DNA from: Bacteroidales bacterium
Lineage (GTDB): Bacteria; Bacteroidota; Bacteroidia; Bacteroidales; UBA932
Direction of reading: 5' to 3'
DNA: 64,000 bases
NCBI GenBank assembly: GCA_017428725.1
Contig: JAFRQH010000025.1
Location: 30,869 to 94,868 of the forward strand
A program made the translations under genes and the position numbers. This document shows positions 57,985 through 64,000 of the stretch, piece after piece (position 1 is the first letter of the stretch; each line of letters starts with the position of its first letter). Below the pieces are notes generated by a model, which saw only the letters and a list, made by a program, of their open reading frames with translations, did no database searches and had not been told where the DNA came from.

Positions 57985-60900
57985 TTATTTATAGTCTTTG
58001 GGCGACACGCCGAACATCTTCTTGAAACTGGCCGAGAAATTGGAGATGGAGGCGAAGCCCATCATATCCGCGATTTCGGAGACGTTGTGCCTGCCTTCCT
58101 TGAGCATCTTGGCCGCCAGGTTGAGTTTGTAGTGCCGGAAGAACGAGCCCGGCGTGCTCCCGGTGAGCCCCTTGAGTTTGTAGTTGAATTTGGAACGGCT
58201 GATCCGCAGTTCCTCGCAAATCGTGGTCACGCTCAGGTCGGCCTCCGACAGATGTTTGTCCATCAGCTTGTAGAGGTCGTTGATGAAATTGCGGTCCTGC
58301 TCGCTGAGGTTGCCCTCCGACTGGGAGGCCTCCGTGGTTTGGTTGAGGTAGGTGCGGAGGTTCTCCATGTTCTTGCGCTGGGAATCCACCAGGGCGGACA
58401 GGTACTCGGCGGAGAAGGGTTTCGTGACATAGGCGTTCGCCCCGCACTCGAGACCGGACACGGAATCCTCCACGTCGGTCTTGGCCGTCAGCAGGATGAA
58501 GGGGATGTGGCTGTAAGTCAGGTCTGATTTCAGCGTCCGGCAGAACTCGTATCCGGACATCTTGCCCATCACGACATCGCTGATGATGATGTCCGGGTTG
58601 ATCTTGTCGATCTCCGAGAGGGCGGATTCGGCGGAGTACTTGTTGATCACGTTGTAACGATCTTCGAACAAGGTGCGGATGTACTGGCCGACCTGGATAT
58701 CGTCGTCCACTACGAGCAGGACCGGTTTCGTCACGTCTTCGGGCGCTTTCTTCTCCGGGCGGGTGTCCTGTGGGATCTCGATCTGCAGGATACGGTGCAC
58801 ATTGGCATTCTCCCGGTCCGCGTCGGCATAGCATTCCCGGTCGGTGGGGATCACGAAACTGAAGCAGACCCCTTCGGGCGTATTGAACACGCGGATGGCG
58901 CCGTGGTGGACCTGGACCAGCCGTTGGACGAAATAGAGCCCGATCCCGCGCCCCCAGCCGTAGTCGTGGTGGAGGGATGTTTCCGAGGACTGGTAATAAC
59001 GTTTGAAGACGTTGCCGATCTTGTCGTCGGCGATCTGTTTGCCGTTGTTGGTGATGTCGACCTGGAAATAGCGGCTGGAGCCCAGGGAATCCTCTCCGAA
59101 GGCCGCGCGGGCTTCTTCGCCCGTGACGTCATCGAAGGCCATCGTGATGGCTCCTCCGTCCGGTGTGTGTTTCAGGGCATTGGTGAACAGGTTGCTCAGG
59201 ATTTTCTCCAGTTTGTCCAGGTCGACCAGGCTGATGAACGGGTCTTCGAGCCCGTCGTACCGGATTGAAATGTCCCGCAAATTGGCACTTTCCTCGAAAT
59301 TGCCTAGGATCCGCGAGATCTCGTGGGTGACGTCGTGCTCACCCACGCACAGGCGCAGGACATCCATCTCCAACTGGTTGAAATCCAGCATCTGGTCGAT
59401 AAGCCGGAGCATCGAATTGGCGCTGGCCGAAATGGAGAGCAGTTTCTTGTGGGCATCGCTCGGGACGGACTTGTCCTTTAGCAGGGAGGAGAGCGGTCCC
59501 GAAATGATGGTCAGCGGGTTGCGGAATTCGTGGGCGATGTTGGCGAAGAAACTCATGTTCATCTCGTTGGCACGGTGCTCCAGCTCGGTCTTTTGTTCTG
59601 CGACGCTCAGGCGCAGTTTGTCCGACTTCAAGCGGACGATGATACGGATCAGCTGGTTCACTGCGAGCAGGGCGGCGAGAATGTAGAGCAGGATTGCCGG
59701 CCAAGTCAGCCAGGGGGAGGGTTTGACCACGATCTCCATTTGCTGCTCGCTGATGACCCGGTCCGTGAAGGATTGGATCTCACGGAGTTGGAAGCGGTAC
59801 TTGCCTGCGGGAATCTTGGCGTATACGGCGCTCGACTCACGGACGACGTCGATCCAGTCCGTGTTGTATCCGTCGAGTTTGTACTGGATGCTGATCGGCT
59901 GCTGGTCATAGTGGATGGTCCCGAATCCGATCTCGAAGGAATTGTGGTCGTGTCCCAGGACGCAACTGCTTTCGTCCTGTGGGATCCTGACCATGCGGGA
60001 GCCCAGTTGATCCCGGACCAAAACACTGTGGACGGAGAGGTGGTGGTCTGTAGAGGTCATCGGTATGCTGGCGGGCAGCAGGACGCAGCCGTCGTTGCTC
60101 CCGAGGATGACGTTTTTGCCGGAGCGGGCGATGCCTCCCGGGGTAAGCGCCGTGACGGGACTGTCGCTGAGCGAAGGCTGATAGACACGGAGCATATCCT
60201 GGGCGGTATCGTAGTAGACGATCCCTTCTGCAGCTCCCAGGATGAGGGTGTTGTCGGAGAGCGCAACGATGCTTAAGATATGCAGGCCGTCGAGTGCCGC
60301 TTCCCGCCGGAGCTCGTGCGAGTCCAGGTCCAGGATCCACAGCCCGTCCTTGGTAGAGGCAAGCCAGGCCTGGCGCCCGAGCACAAGCCCGGCCACGGTC
60401 CCGCCGATGGGAAGATCTCCCGGACCGGCGACTTTGAAGTCGGAGACTGAGGCCTCCCGGATGTCGAGCAACAGGGGTTGCATCCGCTCGCGGACCACCA
60501 GGACCTTCCCGTCCCCGCAGTCCAGCAACCGGGTCTCGCCTTCGCAGGCGGTGCCGGCGAGCGGAATGCGGTCGATCCGCCCATCCGGGTGGAATACGTC
60601 AACAGATGCCGGCAGCGGCAGATAATAGTCCCCTCCGGCGGAGATACCGCTGGCGCCGGAATAGGGGCCGACGTTCCATTTGTGCAGGACATGGGGCCGG
60701 TCCCGGGAGATGTCGGCGAGCAGGAGCTGATGCCGTGTCCGGATCCAGAGCCGGTCCGTGCCGTCCGGGGCCAATTGCATGGCCTGTGCGTCATCCAGGC
60801 GGTCCGGACCGGATATTTCCTCAATGTCAAGGAATGAGATATCCCCGGAAGCGGATCGCAGGCGGAACAACTTGCGTCCAATGCTGCCCCAGATCGTTCC

Positions 60901-61971
60901 GGATCCGTCTTGGACTAGGGACTGGATGTACTGCCGTTCCGTCAGGCGGTGCGCCGGGCAGTCGTTGAGCAATTCGAGCTCTTTCTGGTCCCGGGGGATG
61001 CATTTCACCCCGTAGTGTCGATACCCGATCCAGAGATTGCCCAGGGGGTCCTGGTACATAAAAGAGATGTCCGTGCGCGACGGTGTTGTCGGAATGTAGG
61101 GGAGTGCGTCATCCACGAAGCGGCGCTGGCGGGTGTCGAAGGCACGGATGCCGGTATCTTCATTCTGGAACAGCAGATAGTGCCCGTCGACCGCGCAGAG
61201 ATTCAACCTGTCCGTCCATGCCCGGTCGAGTCGGAAATCCCGGGCGCCGGTGTTGACGTCCACACAGAGGAGGGCCGCACCGGACAGCATCCACATCCGG
61301 TCCCCGACCCGGACGGCGGCGGGATTCACATTCGCGGAGGGAGACGTGGCCCGGATACTGTCTGCCGGGTTGAAATAGCGGTCGTAATGGACCGATTCCG
61401 TAGCTGTGCATATCCAGAGTCCGCCATTGTCGTCGCAGAGGACCTTGGATTCTGCCGATGGACGTTTCAGGCTCGGAACAAGGTGCAGGTCTTGTGTCTC
61501 GTCGAGACGATAGAAACCTTCGGCGGTCTTGACGAGCAGGACCTGGTCGCTGGTCTCGGCGATTTCCTCGACTTTGCCCAGCCGGGCTCCGTCGCAGTGG
61601 TAGTTGCGGAAGCGCGAGAAGCGTTCATACGTGCAGAGCCCGGCATCCGTGCCGATCCAGACCGTCCGGTTGTGGTCGTTGAAAAGGCAACTGATGGCGG
61701 AGGACGGGAGCGCCTCCTCATCCGAGGGACGTCCGTTGTCCCAGGTCCGCGTATTCTGTCCGTCGAAAGAATTCAGGTTGTGTGTCGTGCCCAGCCAGAT
61801 CAGGTCCTTGGCATCCATTGCAATGCCCGTCACCTGGTAGACCGAGAGGCTGCGCTTGGCATTCTGCGGCATCGCCAGATGGCTGACCATCGTTCTGGGG
61901 GAGAGATCGTTCTCCGGCCGGGAGCAGGCCGAAAGTAAAAAGAGCAGGACCGGGAGGAGGAGTTTCTTCAT
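57985..61971 (-). CDS. Hybrid two-component system (propeller-Y_Y_Y-TM-HisKA-HATPase-receiver-AraC)
   Basis: YKLDGY Y_Y_Y, TM WPAILLYILA, HEFRNPL, NLFTNALKHT, GRGIGL, receiver PDIIISDVVM, AraC GFASISNFSASFKK. Confidence 0.95.
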   Translation of the reverse strand: MKKLLLPVLLFLLSACSRPENDLSPRTMVSHLAMPQNAKRSLSVYQVTGIAMDAKDLIWLGTTHNLNSFDGQNTRTWDNGRPSDEEALPSSAISCLFNDHNRTVWIGTDAGLCTYERFSRFRNYHCDGARLGKVEEIAETSDQVLLVKTAEGFYRLDETQDLHLVPSLKRPSAESKVLCDDNGGLWICTATESVHYDRYFNPADSIRATSPSANVNPAAVRVGDRMWMLSGAALLCVDVNTGARDFRLDRAWTDRLNLCAVDGHYLLFQNEDTGIRAFDTRQRRFVDDALPYIPTTPSRTDISFMYQDPLGNLWIGYRHYGVKCIPRDQKELELLNDCPAHRLTERQYIQSLVQDGSGTIWGSIGRKLFRLRSASGDISFLDIEEISGPDRLDDAQAMQLAPDGTDRLWIRTRHQLLLADISRDRPHVLHKWNVGPYSGASGISAGGDYYLPLPASVDVFHPDGRIDRIPLAGTACEGETRLLDCGDGKVLVVRERMQPLLLDIREASVSDFKVAGPGDLPIGGTVAGLVLGRQAWLASTKDGLWILDLDSHELRREAALDGLHILSIVALSDNTLILGAAEGIVYYDTAQDMLRVYQPSLSDSPVTALTPGGIARSGKNVILGSNDGCVLLPASIPMTSTDHHLSVHSVLVRDQLGSRMVRIPQDESSCVLGHDHNSFEIGFGTIHYDQQPISIQYKLDGYNTDWIDVVRESSAVYAKIPAGKYRFQLREIQSFTDRVISEQQMEIVVKPSPWLTWPAILLYILAALLAVNQLIRIIVRLKSDKLRLSVAEQKTELEHRANEMNMSFFANIAHEFRNPLTIISGPLSSLLKDKSVPSDAHKKLLSISASANSMLRLIDQMLDFNQLEMDVLRLCVGEHDVTHEISRILGNFEESANLRDISIRYDGLEDPFISLVDLDKLEKILSNLFTNALKHTPDGGAITMAFDDVTGEEARAAFGEDSLGSSRYFQVDITNNGKQIADDKIGNVFKRYYQSSETSLHHDYGWGRGIGLYFVQRLVQVHHGAIRVFNTPEGVCFSFVIPTDRECYADADRENANVHRILQIEIPQDTRPEKKAPEDVTKPVLLVVDDDIQVGQYIRTLFEDRYNVINKYSAESALSEIDKINPDIIISDVVMGKMSGYEFCRTLKSDLTYSHIPFILLTAKTDVEDSVSGLECGANAYVTKPFSAEYLSALVDSQRKNMENLRTYLNQTTEASQSEGNLSEQDRNFINDLYKLMDKHLSEADLSVTTICEELRISRSKFNYKLKGLTGSTPGSFFRHYKLNLAAKMLKEGRHNVSEIADMMGFASISNFSASFKKMFGVSPKDYK

Positions 61972-62165
61972 ATCCGCGTGGCTTTTACACAAATTTATAA
62001 AAAATCGGCCATGGTTGGGAGGCTTTGTTAAAATTCATAAAAAATTGACGCAATTCAATACCCCCGTGATTAAAAACAAAAGAAATGAGAAAGAAAAGAA
62101 ACGATGCTTCGTCATTGATTTCGGAAATTTGCAATAAGCAACAATCCATAATTCTAACAACGGTT

Positions 62166-64000
62166 ATGAAACTATTAAGACCAATTTCTCTCGCACTGGC
62201 GCTCGCCACGCTTCTTTCCCTGCCCGTCCTGGCGCAGAACGCCCGGATTTCGGGTACGGTGAAAGACTCGAAAGGGGAGCCGGTCATCGGTGCAAGCATT
62301 TTCGTCAAAGGTACCCAGACCGGAACCGCTTCCGACCTGGAAGGTGCCTTCTCTCTCCAAGTCCCTCAGGGAGCCGTGCTCGAAATCTCGGCCATCGGTT
62401 ACCAGAGTGTCGAACTTCCGGTAGCGGGCAAGAGTTCTTTCGACATCGTGCTCGCGGATGACACCACGCTGCTGGACGATGTCGTCGTGGTCGGTTATGC
62501 CACGATGCGCAAGAAGGATGTCACCGGATCCGTGGTCCAGGTGAAAGCGGGCGACCGTGACAACGAGGCACCCGGCACCGTCCAGGACCTGCTCCGCAAC
62601 GTCCCCGGCATGAACATCGGTGCCAACAACACGGCCCGTGGCGGCGGTGACATCGAGATCCGCGGTGAGCGCTCGATGTCTTCCATGACCTCGACCGCCC
62701 CGATGCTCGTGCTTGACGGCATGCCTTTCTACGGCACGCTCGCCGAGATTAACCCCGAGGATATCGGCCAGATCGACATCCTCAAGGATGCGTCTGCCGC
62801 AGCCGTCTACGGCTCCCAGGCGGCCAACGGCGTCATCATCATCACGACCAAGAAAGGCAAGCAGGGTAAGCCGGTCATCACGTTCAGTTCCAAGATCGGA
62901 CTTGTCCAGATGACGCGCCGCCCCCGGATGATGACCGGAGAGGAGCTGCTGGATTTCGAACGTGATTACCAGAAGCGTCAGACTTATGGATTCTCACCCT
63001 CCGGGGAGTATGGCCCCTATCAGAGCGGCCGCGTGGACCAGCCGGGGTACTATGACCGCTGGGACGATCTCCCCGCCGGGGTCACCAAAGACCAGTGGCG
63101 CGCCTACTCGGGGGCCGATCCCTCTATGAGCGATCCGGAAGTCTGGTTCCGCCGTATCGTTCCCGCCGCTTCCCAGGCCCTCGTCGACGGCTATCTCGCC
63201 GGCAAGACTTTCGACTGGGATGACTATGCCACCCGCCTGGGTCTGAACCAGGACTACACGGCCAGCATCTCCGGTGCCTCCGACCGTACCAATTATTATA
63301 TGTCCTTGAGTTACCTGAAGAACCGCGGCGTCCTGCTGGGTGACGACTACAATACTTTCCGTGCCAACATGAAGCTCACGACCAAGATCACCGACTGGCT
63401 CGAGGTCTCTGCCAACGTGGCCTTCTCCGACCGTTCCGACACGGATATGACAATCCTGTTCTACAACCCCCGCGGCGGTGTCTCCAGCAACAATGTCTCG
63501 CAGAACAACCCGTTCACGTCGATGTATTTTGCCGATGGTTCCCTGAACCCGCATCCCAACGGCGAGACCAACTCCTCCAAGGGCTACAACTACGAATACA
63601 ACCAGAAGTACCAGAATGAAGAGAGCGGTACCACGACCTTGAATTCGATCCTGACGGCCAAACTGCTCCTTCCCTTTGATATTACTTATTCTTTCAATAT
63701 GACGCCGCGTTTCACGTGGGGTTACGACCGCCTCTTTACTTCGGCGGACCATATTGACTATACCGCGAGCCAGCGCGGCGTCAACCGTGACTGGAACAAG
63801 ACTTTCGAGTGGTCGCTCAACAACACGATCAACTGGGACCATACCTTCGCAGGAAAGCATCACTTCACCGTGACGCTCGTGCAGGAGGCTGAGCGCCATC
63901 AGACTTGGAGGGATTACATCCGTGCCCGCAAGATCGAGCCTACCGATGCGCTCGGATTCCACTTTACTTCCGGTGCCGGCAAGCTCGAGAGCTCCTTCGG
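62166..64000 (+). CDS. susC: SusC/RagA-family TonB-dependent transporter, 5' part (runs off the window)
   Basis: Open frame from ATG 62166 to the window end: MKLLRP..AQ, GEPVIGASIFVKGT, DDVVVVGY, LKDASAAAVYGSQAANGVIIITTK plug motif. Confidence 0.95.
   Translation, partial: MKLLRPISLALALATLLSLPVLAQNARISGTVKDSKGEPVIGASIFVKGTQTGTASDLEGAFSLQVPQGAVLEISAIGYQSVELPVAGKSSFDIVLADDTTLLDDVVVVGYATMRKKDVTGSVVQVKAGDRDNEAPGTVQDLLRNVPGMNIGANNTARGGGDIEIRGERSMSSMTSTAPMLVLDGMPFYGTLAEINPEDIGQIDILKDASAAAVYGSQAANGVIIITTKKGKQGKPVITFSSKIGLVQMTRRPRMMTGEELLDFERDYQKRQTYGFSPSGEYGPYQSGRVDQPGYYDRWDDLPAGVTKDQWRAYSGADPSMSDPEVWFRRIVPAASQALVDGYLAGKTFDWDDYATRLGLNQDYTASISGASDRTNYYMSLSYLKNRGVLLGDDYNTFRANMKLTTKITDWLEVSANVAFSDRSDTDMTILFYNPRGGVSSNNVSQNNPFTSMYFADGSLNPHPNGETNSSKGYNYEYNQKYQNEESGTTTLNSILTAKLLLPFDITYSFNMTPRFTWGYDRLFTSADHIDYTASQRGVNRDWNKTFEWSLNNTINWDHTFAGKHHFTVTLVQEAERHQTWRDYIRARKIEPTDALGFHFTSGAGKLESSF

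Noticed and set aside
362-63962. Numerous long antisense or alternative-frame ORFs in the track (e.g. 9622-11679, 26277-28685, 30080-32329, 50842-55404)
   Set aside because: Shadow ORFs produced by high GC3 codon bias; they overlap well-supported genes and have no recognisable motifs
1-64000. tRNA, rRNA, CRISPR array, transposase or prophage genes
   Set aside because: No such signatures were found by eye; intergenic spaces are short and accounted for

Overview
High-GC Bacteroidota (Bacteroidales-like) chromosomal window. The taxon is inferred from TAnnTTTG -7 promoter elements, lack of Shine-Dalgarno sites, GSIII, a hybrid two-component system and SusC. Layout: (1) 1-15.2 kb, a long amino-acid biosynthesis run (ilvD'-ilvB-ilvN-ilvC-leuA-leuC-leuD-cimA-leuB-ilvE-aminotransferase-metX-lysC-lysA). 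(2) 15.3-18.8 kb, a lipoprotein, an OxyR-like LysR lacking the redox Cys, TrkH and a thioesterase. (3) 18.8-38.3 kb, a nitrogen/glutamine cluster: nadE and an AGCS transporter divergent from glnA(GSIII)-gltB-gltD-pyrG-purF-like-glnB-amtB-porin-asnB. (4) 38.3-50 kb, an accessory-rich stretch: exported URO-D/MtaA-like lipoprotein, M64 peptidase, thiL, a small LuxR / OmpA / TPR-TM-LuxR module with a low-GC OmpA core, a beta-propeller lipoprotein and a GH105-propeller fusion. (5) Housekeeping genes (mtaB, RsmI-like, tamB, tsaD), then an HTCS and the start of a SusC. The top finding is an unannotated 24-codon Gln/Asn-rich leader ORF (MKHNRNNQQNQSWNQQSQVVSLCV, 22413-22487) followed by mutually exclusive hairpins and a terminator just upstream of glnA. 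This is the architecture of a ribosome-mediated attenuator that would sense Gln/Asn-tRNA charging and control the GS-GOGAT operon. No tRNA, rRNA, CRISPR or transposase was seen. All alignments and hairpins were done by eye.
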